Shown here one piece after another: positions 46,301 to 56,417 of a stretch of DNA of 64,000 bases. Under the pieces are notes generated by a model. It was given only the letters and a program-made list of their open reading frames with translations. It did no database searches and was not told the DNA's origin. How positions within the stretch are numbered: the stretch's first letter is position 1; every line of letters begins with the position of its first letter. This DNA comes from Candidatus Thorarchaeota archaeon (lineage in GTDB: Archaea; Asgardarchaeota; Thorarchaeia; Thorarchaeales; Thorarchaeaceae), in NCBI GenBank assembly GCA_048884965.1, contig JBHLQH010000001.1:128001-192000 (forward strand). Direction: 5' to 3'. The position numbers and the translations under genes were made by a program.

Positions 46301-49300
46301 ACCTTGCTCACATTTACAGTCACTACATGATAGCCCAAACCCGTTTCATAACCGAGCTGAATCCAATAGTATCCAGATGCTTCATTCATTGAATAGATTG
46401 TGCCATTCACAGTTACGGTTTTTTGAGAGGCTCCAGGAATGAATGTTCCCATAGAATCTCGATAATAGACTCGCAACACCTCAGTTTGAGTGTAGTAGAA
46501 TGTTGAATTCGAATCTGTTCCTGCTCTCTGCCACCATATTGAAACACTTGTTCCTTCATTTATGATCGCAAATACTGTACTAATCTCCACATTAGTGTAG
46601 ACCGGTCCAGATGCCTTCACTACAGGTAGAAAACTACCCAGACCTGGGGGATTGTCGGTACCATTTAGTACGAGCTCGTACCCTCCGCTTGTTTGATTCC
46701 AATTCAAGTCAAATGTAAACCCTGCAATCGTTATGTTAAGAGAACCATCAGAAATAGAAGTTCCATTACTCATCCTATAGAAAACAACTATCTTGGTTTG
46801 CTCGATATACGTGATCGTGTTCCCTTGTGGCCATGTCACTTCTAGAGAGGATGGATCTTTTCTTACGATTAATGTCTCATCGGAATCAGATTGAGATTGA
46901 TAGCCATATGCATCCGCCTGGATGAATAACGCATGTTCTCCAAATCCTGGAGGTGTATCTGTGCCATTAATGATGAGCTCAAATCGTTCGCTAGTTCCAT
47001 TCCATAATAGATTCCAAGTAGTAAACCCGATCGTTACATTAACGGTTGCGAATGGAATGTTTGAACCATTGCTCATTTGGTAAATCACTTGGATGGCTGT
47101 GAATTGGAAATAGCTGATATTATTCAGATAGGGCGTTATCCACGAAGCACTGAGAGAGGTGCCTTCATTTGTGATTGATAGAACCATCGAGGTGTCTTGG
47201 ACGTAGTCAAATCCATCTCTCCATGCCTTTATTGTTAGGCTGTGAACACCTAGTCCTGGTTGATTATCGCTTCCATTGAATTGGATACGATAAGTTTCAG
47301 AAGCATCATCCCATATCAGATTCCAAGTTGTAGTATCTATCGTCACATTCACTATAGCAAGAGGTATTGCAGTTCCATTACTCATTGTATAATTAGCTGA
47401 TAGTATTGTAGATTCAACAAAGGTTATGGTTCCCCCACCAATCCACTGACTCTCTATCTGACCTAATTCACCAGTTATCACAAGATTTTCTGTGCTGTCT
47501 ACATGTGATTGATATCCAAATCTCCATGCTCGGATGGTAAGTCCATGAGTTCCAAGACCAGGTGGCACATCTGTTCCATTGAACTGAATTCGATAGGTAT
47601 CAGAGTCCTCATCCCATTGAAGTGTCCAAGTACCAGTTCCAATAGTTACATTCAGTTTCGCACTAAGAACAGCACTACCATTTGTCAAGGTGTAGTTGAC
47701 AGAGAGAATTGTCGATTCAACATATGTAATCGAATTCCCCGGAATCCAATCGATGGTCATCGCTGTACCCTCGACAGTAATTGATAGGACCTCTGTCGAA
47801 TTAACTTGAGTTTGATAGTTTGCTTTCCAAGCAGAGATGAGAATATTGTGTATGCCAAGTCCGGGTAAAGCATCTGTACCATTGAAAGATATCTCGTAAT
47901 ATTCAGTAGATGGATTCCATATCAAAGACCAAGTCGTGGAGTCAATCGTGACATTGATGGTTGCTTCAAGGATTGAAGTTCCATTTCTCAAATAGTACCC
48001 AATTTGCAATGTTGTAGTTTCAAGATATGATATTGAGGAGTCAGCATCCCACCCAATAGTTAGGTCTGCATCTTCGACACGTATTGTCAACTCCTGAGTA
48101 GCATCAATCACTGAGATATAACCGAATTTCGAACTCTTTATGGTGAGGGGGAATGTCCCAAACCCTGGAAATGAATCGCTTCCATTGAATTGAATCTCAT
48201 AGCTTTCTGAGGTTGAATTCCAAAACATGGATAATGTAGTTGTATCGATTGTCACATTGACTATCGCATCAACAATTGGAGTCCCATTACTCATTTGATA
48301 CACAAGCACCAATGTTGTAGATTCTAGATAGGATATGTTATTGCCAAATACTATGTTCCAGTTCAGTGAATAGATGATCTCCTCTTGTCTAAGTGTCAAT
48401 TCCTGTGCGCTATTCGTGAATGACACATATCCGAACTTCTCAGCTTTGATTATCATTGAATGCGTACCAAGACCTGGTGGAGTATCCGTTCCATTGAATA
48501 TTAGACGATAATCAAGATTTGACGCATCCCATCTTAGGATCCATGTGGTTCCGCTAATAGTAGCATTAACGACTGCATTTGGAATCTCTGTGCCATTGCT
48601 CATGAGATAATCGATAATCAGAGTAGTGTGCTGCACATAGGTTATGTTATCTGTAGCTGACCAATTAATCGTATAACTAGTATCTTCCTTACTCACTGTC
48701 AGTGTTTCAGTATCATCAACCCAACTCTGGAAGTCCACCTTTGAGGCTCTGATATCTAGGCTGTACGAATCGATTCCTGGTGGATCATCATAACCATTGA
48801 AAACGACCTCATAGATCTTTGACACACCGTTCCACTGTAGAGTCCAAGTCGTGACTCCAAAAGTCACATTCACAGTTGCTTGCTCAATTACAGTACCATT
48901 GAACATGGTATAGTTTACGATCAGTTTGGTTGATTCGACATAGGATATAGAATCTCCATTTGTCCATGAAATGTCGAATAGGGTTGGAATTACTGGAAGT
49001 GTCAATGTTTGAGTTGTATCAACTTGTTCCTCATATCCGAATACCCAGCAACTTACCGAAAGACTATGCGTTCCCACGCCTGGAGGTACATCGGATCCAT
49101 TGAATGTTATTTCAAAGTACCCCGACGTTGAGTTCCATATCAAGAGCCAGGTCATACTATCGATTGTTACATTGACCTCTGCATTTGCAATTGGAGTAAG
49201 GTCAGACTTCGTATAGCCCACCAGCAATGTTGTGGAATCTAAGTAACTAGGACTGTTTGTGTTCGTCCATTGAACAGAGAATAGGGTTGGTTCAATTCTT

Positions 49301-52300
49301 AGTGTGACATCATAGGTGTTATTCGTTTGATGGATGTAGCCATACTTGCCAGCTTTCACCAGAACATTGAATGTGCCAAACCCAGGAGGTGAATCTGATC
49401 CATTTAATCGCAACCTGTAATTCTGATTATCGGAATCCCACCACAGATTCCAGACATTCGAGTTGATTGTGACGTTAACTTCTGCGCCAATGATTGCAGT
49501 TCCATTGCTCATAAGATAGGTGGCAACTATTGTCGAATAATCAGTGTACGTGATGTCATTATCAGGTAGGAGTACAATTGTAAGGGTTGTGTCCTCAGGG
49601 TTTATCGTTAATGTGCTTCCATCTGTTCTATCGATATATCCATACTTGCCTGCTTTAATTGTAATCGAGTGGGTTCCAAATGATGGCGGATTGTCTGTGC
49701 CATTGAATGTAATGACGTATGTGGATGTAGACTGATTCCAGACCAATAACCAGGTATCGCCATTGATTGTAGCATTAAGATTAGCATCCACAATCGCAGA
49801 GCCATTACTCATGGTGTAGCTCACGTTTAGAATTGTATACCCAACATAGCTTATCGTGTTCGTGGATATCCACTCGAAAGCTAGAGATGTGAACTCCTCC
49901 CTGAGAATTAGATTTTCTGTATTATTCTCTCTGCTTTCATATCCAAGCAAATCAGCTTTCACAATTATTGAATGTGTTCCAAAGTCTGGTGGTGCATCTG
50001 TCCCATTGAATTGGATCTCGTAGTATCCTGTACCAAAATTGTAGCTTAAATCCCAAGTAGTAAGACCTATAGTAACATTTACTTCAGCGGTATCGATTGT
50101 ACCACCTGAGGTCAATGAGTAGTTAACCTGAAGGATAGTGTACTCAACGTAACTGATGTTATTCCCATTTGACCACTGAAATGAGAGAATTGTTGGCTCC
50201 TCTCGTATAGTGATGGTCTTAGAACTATCAGCTTGACTTTCGTAGCCATATCTATCTGCATTGATATTGACTGTGAATATTCCAAGACCAGGTGGCACAT
50301 CTGACCCATTTATCCTGATTCTGTAGTCCTCGTTTGCAGGGCTCCAAGTAAGATTCCATGTGGAAGTTCCCAAAGTGACATTAATGATTGCACCCAATAT
50401 CGCAGAGTCATTACTCATCAAATAATCACAGATTATTGTGGAATATTCTGTGAATGTAACATCATTATCAGGTTCAATTACCACAACTATTGAGGTTCCT
50501 TCTAGGTCTATTGATAGAGTTTCGGTGTTATTCATTCTGTCAACATAACCAAATTTGTCAGCGAGAATTGTAATTCCATGTGTCCCAAATCCTGGGAATA
50601 GGTCATCACCGTTGAACTGATATCTGTAAGTCTTGGACCCTGATTCCCAGTCAAGAGATAATGTTGTGGTGTCTATTGTAAAATTCAATGTGGCTCCTTC
50701 AATGGCAGTCCCATTGCTCATTGTATAATTTACAATCAAAGTCGTGTATTGAACATAGGTTATGGAATTCGTGTTTCCCCACTGAACAGTAAGTGAAGTG
50801 TCTTCTTCAGAAACAGTAAGGATTTGGCTACTATCGTATTGGGATTCATACCCATATTTGGATATAGCAATCTCAACTAAATGAACACCAAAGCTTAGCT
50901 GTGGTGAACTTCCGATAAATGTGCAATTGTACGTTTTACTATCTGAATCATATACAAGGTCGTATGTGTATCCGTTTATCGTTACATTCGCGATAGCATC
51001 AACAATTGAAGTACCATTTGACATCAAATACGATATCGATAAAGTTGTACTTTCAACATAAGAAATGCCATTGCCTGATGTCCATTGGATATTAATCGTT
51101 GTTGATTCTTTCCTGATCGTGATACTCTCAGAATCATCATATTGATTTTGATATCCAACCTTCCAAGCTTGAATGGTGATTGAATGAGTACCAAAACCTG
51201 GATCTGAATCTGTTCCATTGAATCTCATTTTATATGTTTCATCAACTGGGTCCCATCTGAGCTTCCAAGTTGTGGTGTCAATTGTCACATTCAACTGAGC
51301 ATCAGATACATTTTCTCCTGATGTTCTTTGGTAAAGCACGGACAATTCTGTGTATTCTACATAAGTAATATTGTCAGAATTCGACCACCAAATGTCAAGG
51401 GGTAAAGTTTCATGTATTAGAGACACATGTATTTCCAATGATTGATTCTCTAATGCGAAACCCTCCGCATATACATCTACGATATAATCACCTGGAGCTT
51501 TACCTGTGGTACTAATGCTCGCTGTCCATGTGCCATTTGCGAGATCACTCATAGTAGCATTTGATGCTCCATCAAACGAGTATTGTACTGTTCCCAGACT
51601 ACCATTGATGCCCTTGGGTGTGAAGATTTCTTCGTAATCTACCCTAATCGCAAAACTGCTTTCCGTATAGGCATTGATTGCATATGACGTAGCTGTGAAG
51701 GTTGTTGAATGAAATACTGCGAGTTCTTGAGTCAGATACCCTGAAGATGAACCATTTGTCCAAAATGCCTCTATTCTATAGATTCCGTTCTCACTTATTG
51801 TGGAAGGTATATTCCAACTATAGCTTGTTCCTCCTGACGAAACCGATTCATTTGCTGGAGCGAATATGATTGTGGAGTCTTTCCAAACTGTAAGATTGGT
51901 AGTTCCACTCAGAACAGGACTACTGCTCTCCTCTGAAAGTGTCAAATTGATCTCCAAGATGACCTCACTGTTAACCTCATAGGTAATCGGGGAATCATCA
52001 CTAGAATCATAGCTGGATATATCCGAAAGATGATTGAACGAAGTAGAAACGAGCGTCCATGTGTCATTATTCACAAACGATGCTGCTACTATATTCTGAG
52101 AAACTAAATAGTATGAATGATTCGATGATGGCATCGACGAATTATACATCCCAGTTGGCTTCCATGTACTTGGAATCGTGAAATTCAAGTATCGCATATC
52201 CGATGATTTGGGATACTCTGGGGTGGCTGTAAGATTCCAATTGACCATGTTTCCTGAATTTTGAACTTCCCATTGAGCCGACCCTTTCATATCCTGCTTA

Positions 52301-53313
52301 TACCAGAGCGTGATAGAATAATCGATTTGAACAGATTGATTGCTTTGGAATGAAATAGATGTGATGTTACTGCTGTCACTAAATGTCCAGGAATCTCCCG
52401 TTAACGAAGATGAGTTAGCTGTAAGAGAAACTGATTCTGGAATGGAATAGACCAAAGCTGAGTTGGAGGTTTGGTTCCAAGGTGTATAAGCATATTGCAG
52501 GAACGCTTCTTGTCTTTCTGCACCAACATATGGATACCAAGTGCTATCATCTCGCAATCGATAGCCAGTATCATCTCCCAATACGGATGATGAGGACCGC
52601 CAATAGAGCTGAGGGAATCCTCCATAGTTAATGAGTCCTGTACCATCTATTACAACATAATATGGAGTAGACTCAGACAAAATGCTATTGTCCGATGAAC
52701 AATCATGGGTAGTAGTTGTGTCAAATATTGTCTGAGTGAAAGGAGTAGAATAGCTTGTTTGATTTGTACTGGGATCGGTGAAATCGCTCCGAACAACAAG
52801 GTAGGTTTGACCAGCACCAGAGGGAAGATATGGCGCAATATAGATTAGTGTATAATTCTCGAGTCTTCCATCATGAGGTTGGTTGTAGAACTCTTGGTAA
52901 AGTGCATCAACAGTCAAACCGGAGCTATTCCTGATTTGCATATAGCTATTCGGAGTGATTCCTGTTGATTCCCGTTCGGGAACTGCTGTGATGAGAGATG
53001 GTTCTACATCCGCTTTATACAGACACCATCCAGACAGTAAGTAGCTTGACAGATCTATCTCTCCGAGATGCTGGCTTGTGCTAGAATACGAATTTTGAAC
53101 ATTGAGGTCTAGTCCATCTATTACCCTCGATGCATAGATACTCACATCCTGTTCATCACCAGCTCCACTCACATAGCTAAGTACTGAATTTCTGCTTTCA
53201 GTTAGAGTCTGTTCTCTCATATCGGTTACTTTCTCGAGGGGAAGAATACTCAGCGATGGAATTGGCACTGCAAGTACTATTCCAACGATTAGGATAACGA
53301 GAACTCTCTTCAT
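43324..53313 (-). CDS. Giant (3329 aa) single-pass surface protein: same head as 38569-43113, ~25 Ig-like modules, TM helix and cytoplasmic winged-helix domain
   Basis: Signal peptide; shared head motifs FYNQPHDGRLENYT and YTPWNQTSN.AL; repeat stalk; TM helix VTLAVGGVAAVGIAAVLL-RKRRR; C-terminal LIRLLKEAGKPLSREEISVELNLSISKTRKLVNDL. Confidence 0.88.
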   Translation of the reverse strand: MKRVLVILIVGIVLAVPIPSLSILPLEKVTDMREQTLTESRNSVLSYVSGAGDEQDVSIYASRVIDGLDLNVQNSYSSTSQHLGEIDLSSYLLSGWCLYKADVEPSLITAVPERESTGITPNSYMQIRNSSGLTVDALYQEFYNQPHDGRLENYTLIYIAPYLPSGAGQTYLVVRSDFTDPSTNQTSYSTPFTQTIFDTTTTHDCSSDNSILSESTPYYVVIDGTGLINYGGFPQLYWRSSSSVLGDDTGYRLRDDSTWYPYVGAERQEAFLQYAYTPWNQTSNSALVYSIPESVSLTANSSSLTGDSWTFSDSSNITSISFQSNQSVQIDYSITLWYKQDMKGSAQWEVQNSGNMVNWNLTATPEYPKSSDMRYLNFTIPSTWKPTGMYNSSMPSSNHSYYLVSQNIVAASFVNNDTWTLVSTSFNHLSDISSYDSSDDSPITYEVNSEVILEINLTLSEESSSPVLSGTTNLTVWKDSTIIFAPANESVSSGGTSYSWNIPSTISENGIYRIEAFWTNGSSSGYLTQELAVFHSTTFTATSYAINAYTESSFAIRVDYEEIFTPKGINGSLGTVQYSFDGASNATMSDLANGTWTASISTTGKAPGDYIVDVYAEGFALENQSLEIHVSLIHETLPLDIWWSNSDNITYVEYTELSVLYQRTSGENVSDAQLNVTIDTTTWKLRWDPVDETYKMRFNGTDSDPGFGTHSITIQAWKVGYQNQYDDSESITIRKESTTINIQWTSGNGISYVESTTLSISYLMSNGTSIVDAIANVTINGYTYDLVYDSDSKTYNCTFIGSSPQLSFGVHLVEIAISKYGYESQYDSSQILTVSEEDTSLTVQWGNTNSITYVQYTTLIVNYTMSNGTAIEGATLNFTIDTTTLSLDWESGSKTYRYQFNGDDLFPGFGTHGITILADKFGYVDRMNNTETLSIDLEGTSIVVVIEPDNDVTFTEYSTIICDYLMSNDSAILGAIINVTLGTSTWNLTWSPANEDYRIRINGSDVPPGLGIFTVNINADRYGYESQADSSKTITIREEPTILSFQWSNGNNISYVEYTILQVNYSLTSGGTIDTAEVNVTIGLTTWDLSYNFGTGYYEIQFNGTDAPPDFGTHSIIVKADLLGYESRENNTENLILREEFTSLAFEWISTNTISYVGYTILNVSYTMSNGSAIVDANLNATINGDTWLLVWNQSTSTYVITFNGTDNPPSFGTHSITIKAGKYGYIDRTDGSTLTINPEDTTLTIVLLPDNDITYTDYSTIVATYLMSNGTAIIGAEVNVTINSNVWNLWWDSDNQNYRLRLNGSDSPPGFGTFNVLVKAGKYGYIHQTNNTYDVTLRIEPTLFSVQWTNTNSPSYLDSTTLLVGYTKSDLTPIANAEVNVTIDSMTWLLIWNSTSGYFEITFNGSDVPPGVGTHSLSVSCWVFGYEEQVDTTQTLTLPVIPTLFDISWTNGDSISYVESTKLIVNYTMFNGTVIEQATVNVTFGVTTWTLQWNGVSKIYEVVFNGYDDPPGIDSYSLDIRASKVDFQSWVDDTETLTVSKEDTSYTINWSATDNITYVQHTTLIIDYLMSNGTEIPNAVVNATISGTTWILRWDASNLDYRLIFNGTDTPPGLGTHSMIIKAEKFGYVSFTNSAQELTLRQEEIIYSLNWNIVFGNNISYLESTTLVLVYQMSNGTPIVDAIVNVTIDTTTLSMFWNSTSESYEIQFNGSDSFPGFGTFPLTIKSSKFGYISVIDATQELTIRVEDADLTIGWDADSSISYLETTTLQIGYYLRNGTSILEATINVTIDSTTWSLIWNPSTEYYEISFNGTDALPGLGIHNILISAWKANYQTQVNSTEVLSITVEGTAMTIDWIPGNSITYVESTILSVNYTLTNGSAVLSAKLNVTIGTGTWTLQWDEDSDTYRIQFNGTDVPPGLGTHGLTIRAWRFGYQSHVDSTENLVITGELGQIESQWIGGGTITFVESTILSANYTMSNGTAIPLAIVNVTIDTTTWNLIWDDASETYRIQFNGSDNQPGLGVHSLTIKAWRDGFDYVQDTSMVLSITNEGTSLSASWITPYLNNISYFQFTAIQVIYQMSNGSNIPFATVNVTIGFTTWNLLWNGTSERFELIINGTDTPPGFGEHALFIQADAYGYQSQSDSDETLIVRKDPSSLEVTWPQGNTITYIEQTKIVVFYRMSNGTSISDGSLNITIAGFTFDLNWNQTSGGYELVLNGTDNPPGLGSFLPVVKASGPVYTNVEISTVFAIINEGTSVSIWWQRAGTDSNSTFYYTQTEVLRVYYRDSMGTFIPGASQKTVTVNGTIYSMNEASGYYWIQLGYETGLGYHVVTVNVSKVGYDYAFKDGFHYNITEVPTSLFVTWDSVEIDYLGQANLTAQYWDDNAFRDVSKTIVTANITIDGWYTIGLNTSGNYWIANLSGVMLDLGPHAILIRTWVYGYEYQENTTIVTVAVVSTAISSLTWEPSNVTIEYTDLLNLTVDYLSSYGDVPDTATVNVTINSIVYNLTYSLGSWKISILGRQIGIGVYEAYISAWQYGFGVFTNTTYNVNVTLASNSFLVYWEPSDGNVNIITELNISVIYTSDFQPILDATVTLVLNSSSPYPLEYSSTDQMWHITLSGFDISLGTWNATIRANRTGQQEGNEWKIITVYRDTLQFTSNWTESTIDYISTAALSIECNSSAGNPVTDATVTISLNSFMLVVLNEGQGIYTTIIGPQLSIGTYVVNVSITGSWFNTIESLLTLDVIATSTAFSVIHTNTTIYADGFVNGSISYEMLNGSSIPNTIVYIQLNQTEILATWDMTNWTFTIPGLIHDAGYYSCTVNLSSEGFDSQFYQFDVFIHLIPTTLVSIGSDWLYVNDTLELRLQYRDLRTNENIDDVAIQVSWQGEYEIELLANNVYSILVSSTALSAGNYSIEVHLSKEGYIAMGYIQQIQVDLLPLNIVSDQSISQYEQESLLITAFLVDAYHDTNVTWASLSFTFEENEYQMMFDSVLELYRIEFELPENLLPGIYQIFLQAIASDFDVSDFNITLTVLEKMAYEIALSHPDAAEEDSAISISASLTYNSQPISDKVIEIILGIAFLNGSEIEERFMLSTGSDGRITISYTVPMDSNEIFVRAIFAGEISAWPVESSTTVISVIQITPEPTTPLTGPLTVTLAVGGVAAVGIAAVLLRKRRRVEGLSSRTDMTSLTPGPAISHAPDIAQSVYQISKENELLIPDVIDSLREIDEISGIDESSTSAFLAAAGISTTVSLFVRETPQGKEVVDDGSKLIRLLKEAGKPLSREEISVELNLSISKTRKLVNDLLNDNVDVVEIREGRIRKIGYTDTID
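46560..51411 (-). repeat. 16 tandem ~101-aa (~303-nt) Ig-like repeats, followed by ~9 more diverged modules
   Basis: Consensus E.T.L.I.W...N.I(T/S)Y.E.T.L.V.Y.MSNGT.I..A.VNVTI..TTW.L.W......Y.I.FNG.D.PPG.G.H.I.I.A.K.GY, counted in the translation. Boundaries approximate. Confidence 0.9.
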
Positions 53314-53425
53314 GAATGGGCCTCAAATGGTATGTTCACTGGTTGTTCAAAGGAGCAAATATACCTACCTTATTGATTATTCATAAAAAAGGTGAATTGC
53401 TACATACCCAATTCGATAATTCGAA

Positions 53426-53941
53426 TCATGTGTAATAGGAAGGTCCTGTATCTTCAGTTGGTGGAGTTATCGCTGGGCTGCCTGCAATCTCGTTCAAGAC
53501 AGCAATCACCATGTCCACCGCGCCGTGCACCCTCTTCATTATCTGCCAAAGTCTATCATCCGAGAACGCGTCGTCATACAACCGGTCGGATACTACGAAT
53601 CCTGGTCCCGGAGGTTGTTGAGGTCCTTTCTGTCCCGGACGTGGTTGGATGAATCCAAGAGTCAAGCCTTGCTGAAAGCTGAACTTGAGCGCTTCCATCT
53701 GGAACTGTTTCATTTTCTCAGGAGTCAAAACCTGAAGGTGTTGAGGTGAGATCATCACCTGAGACTCGACCTGCAGGTAGCGTTGCTCATTTGGTCTGAC
53801 CACGGTGAAGAAGAATCGCAGGTACTTCACCTTAAACAAGAACTCAGCTCTTGGATTCGAGATGCTTTCTACCTTGATTCCTTCATTTGAGAACCAGTTC
53901 TTCACGGAGTTCTTGACCATTTCAGACATGTCGCTACTCAT
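53426..53941 (-). CDS. DUF2299-like archaeal protein
   Basis: VKNWF..EG, P.AEF.F.V, I.SPQH, V..RLY.D.FS.DRL pattern. Confidence 0.6.
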   Translation of the reverse strand: MSSDMSEMVKNSVKNWFSNEGIKVESISNPRAEFLFKVKYLRFFFTVVRPNEQRYLQVESQVMISPQHLQVLTPEKMKQFQMEALKFSFQQGLTLGFIQPRPGQKGPQQPPGPGFVVSDRLYDDAFSDDRLWQIMKRVHGAVDMVIAVLNEIAGSPAITPPTEDTGPSYYT

Positions 53942-53996
53942 TGGTGCACACTCAGATAGATTTGAGGCAGCCAGCTAGTCACTTAACGGTTGTGTT

Positions 53997-54803
53997 CTAT
54001 TCTTTCGAGACCTCTATCTTCTCATATTTGTCAGGTACTCTGTCCTGCCAGCAGGTGATTTGCTTCCTAACTTCTCGAATCATATCTGTGTCCCCTTTGT
54101 TTCTGAAGACGAAGATGTCACTATTGATTCTAGTTGACCGAACACCCCAGGGGTCAACGAATTGACTATGTCCAAAGTAGGTCTTCCCATCATATCCCCA
54201 TCCTACTCTGTTAGTGGCTGCTATGTATACCTGATTTTCAATTGCTCGAGCCATGACCAGATTGTCCCAGTGCGCCGCCCTCGGATCCGGAAATGCTGCT
54301 GGGAGAAGTAGTAGGTCAGCTCCATATCCTGCAAGCAATCTTGATAATTCAGGAAATCTGACATCATAGCAAATCTGCAAACCAACTTTGATATTCCCTG
54401 CTTCAACGATCACTGCAGTGTTACCACCCTCAAAGACATCCTGTTCATCTTGGAATGGATGCATCTTTCTATAGGTCGCAATGACTCTCCCTTTTGGATT
54501 TACCATAACGAGCGTATTGTGGTATTTAGTTCCGGTACTTTCAATATCCGTAGCCGCGACATATGCTGAATGCTCTTCTGCAATGTCCTGAAGAAATTCC
54601 GTAGTTGGTCCCGGTATTCCTACTCCTAGCTTGGAATAGTCAGAATACCTGAAACCGATAGAGAAGAGCTCGGGGAATAGAATAAATTCCCTACTTGATT
54701 CTGTCTTGTGATTTTCGAGCATTTCCTTTGCATAGCTGAAGTTATCCTCACGATTTCCTTCATTGCAAGGCATCTGTACAAGAGCAACGCTGAAGTCTAC
54801 CAT
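53997..54803 (-). CDS. Nitrilase-superfamily (Nit/omega-amidase-like) carbon-nitrogen hydrolase
   Basis: Catalytic triad motifs FPE, YRK.H and ICYD.RFPE, plus ARAIENQ and FGHS..VDPWG. Confidence 0.92.
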   Translation of the reverse strand: MVDFSVALVQMPCNEGNREDNFSYAKEMLENHKTESSREFILFPELFSIGFRYSDYSKLGVGIPGPTTEFLQDIAEEHSAYVAATDIESTGTKYHNTLVMVNPKGRVIATYRKMHPFQDEQDVFEGGNTAVIVEAGNIKVGLQICYDVRFPELSRLLAGYGADLLLLPAAFPDPRAAHWDNLVMARAIENQVYIAATNRVGWGYDGKTYFGHSQFVDPWGVRSTRINSDIFVFRNKGDTDMIREVRKQITCWQDRVPDKYEKIEVSKE

Positions 54804-54942
54804 AGTTGACCCTGATTTTCGAATGAGTAACTACATCATAAGGCTTATCTTATCCATTTCGTGAGCCCAACTTGTCTAAGCTCGCACGGACGTGTTGCTT
54901 GTGGTCAATGAAGTAAATACAGAGCCTAAGGGTAAAAGCGAG

Positions 54943-55230
54943 ATGCCAACTACTTCTTACTCTAAACCTTCAATCGGTGCTACTGGGAAGACTGGTAGCT
55001 GGCGAATTTTTGAGCCGGAGATTGATTATGATAATTGCAATAGATGTAGAACATGTTGGCTGCATTGCCCCGAAGCTGTCATATCAGTAGATGAAGACGG
55101 CACACCTCATATTGACAAAGACTACTGCAAAGGTTGTGGGATTTGTTCTCAGGTGTGTCCACCAAAATGTATCAAGATGGTGCGAACAGGTGAGGATACT
55201 CCATTGCCTGTCGCTTCTGAGGAGGGCTAA
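54943..55230 (+). CDS. porD: Pyruvate/2-ketoisovalerate:ferredoxin oxidoreductase delta subunit
   Basis: KTGSWR..P, CNRCRTCWLHCP and DYCKGCGICSQVCP. ATG at 54943 preferred (track start 54892). Confidence 0.92.
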   Translation: MPTTSYSKPSIGATGKTGSWRIFEPEIDYDNCNRCRTCWLHCPEAVISVDEDGTPHIDKDYCKGCGICSQVCPPKCIKMVRTGEDTPLPVASEEG

Positions 55231-56411
55231 TGATGAAGACCGAACTAATGAGTGCGAACTATGCAGCAGCTCGAGCGGTCATGTCTGCTCGGGTTGAAGT
55301 GGTCGCTGCTTACCCAATCACGCCTGCAACTACTGTTCCTGAACAAGTAGCGTTACTCAATGAGAAGGGACTCTGGCCCGGTCAGTTCATCAGAGTTGAA
55401 TCAGAGCACTCCGCGATGTTCGCCTGTATTGGTGCAAGCTCTACTGGAGCTCGAGCATTCACGGCAACTTCATCGAATGGATTGCTTCTCATGCACGAGG
55501 CATTGCATTGGGCTACTGCAGCAAGACTTCCTATTGTCCTTGCAAATATCAATCGCTCTGTATCACCTAGCTGGAACATTCATGTGACTCATGACGATGC
55601 CATGTCGCAACGTGATACAGGATGGATCCAATTCTATGTGGCGAGTGTTGACGAGTTCTATCACACAATCATTCAAGCATTCAAGCTTGCAGAGGATGAA
55701 CGTGTGCTACTGCCAGTGATGGTTAATGCTGATGGATTTGTCTTGAGCCATACTGTGCAACCCTATGATTATCTCGACCCTGAAGAGGTCGACAAGTTCC
55801 TACCTCCATACGAGGCACCTCATTGGAAGATGGATCCCGATAATCCAGTTTCTCACGGGAATATCGTCTTCCCTGAGCACTACCAAGAGTTCAGATATCT
55901 GATGCATCAGGCCGGCAAGAACGCCCTCGATGTGTATGAGGAAATAGAACAGGAATACAAGAAGCTCTTTGGCAAGTACTTTGGAGGTCCTATCGATTGT
56001 TACAAGTGTGATGATGCAGAAGTCATCTTCACCTCCCAAGGTTCGATGGGTGCTGAAGCCATTGACGCGATTGATGAGCTGCGTAAGGAAGGCTACAAGG
56101 TCGGCAATGCTCGAATCCGAATGGTTCGTCCATTCCCAGTGGCTAAGATACGCGAACTCGGTTCCAAGGTCAAAGGAATCGCTGCATTCGATAGAGGTGT
56201 TTCCTATGGCTATGGAGGTCACATGGCAAGCGAGATACGTTCTGCCATGTTCCATACTGATTATCGTCCGATTATCAAGAGCTACATAGGTGGTCTTGGT
56301 GGTCGTGACATGACTGTTGGTGATATCAAAGCAGTCATTCTTGATGCAGTCAATGCTGTGGAGAAGGGAGAAACTGGTGCCGAAGAGACTTGGCACGCAC
56401 TAAAGGAGTGA
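55230..56411 (+). CDS. porA: Pyruvate/2-ketoacid:ferredoxin oxidoreductase alpha subunit
   Basis: AAYPITP, ESEHSAM, ATSS.GLLLMHE, DTGWIQ, DGFVLSHT and GLGGRD. Confidence 0.95.
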   Translation: MMKTELMSANYAAARAVMSARVEVVAAYPITPATTVPEQVALLNEKGLWPGQFIRVESEHSAMFACIGASSTGARAFTATSSNGLLLMHEALHWATAARLPIVLANINRSVSPSWNIHVTHDDAMSQRDTGWIQFYVASVDEFYHTIIQAFKLAEDERVLLPVMVNADGFVLSHTVQPYDYLDPEEVDKFLPPYEAPHWKMDPDNPVSHGNIVFPEHYQEFRYLMHQAGKNALDVYEEIEQEYKKLFGKYFGGPIDCYKCDDAEVIFTSQGSMGAEAIDAIDELRKEGYKVGNARIRMVRPFPVAKIRELGSKVKGIAAFDRGVSYGYGGHMASEIRSAMFHTDYRPIIKSYIGGLGGRDMTVGDIKAVILDAVNAVEKGETGAEETWHALKE

Positions 56412-56417
56412 TAAAGA

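Noticed and set aside
55800-56396. 198-aa antisense ORF inside porA, and the many other 60-160-aa shadow ORFs in the track
   Set aside because: They lie opposite or out of frame within well-supported genes, have no recognisable motifs, and are expected from codon bias.
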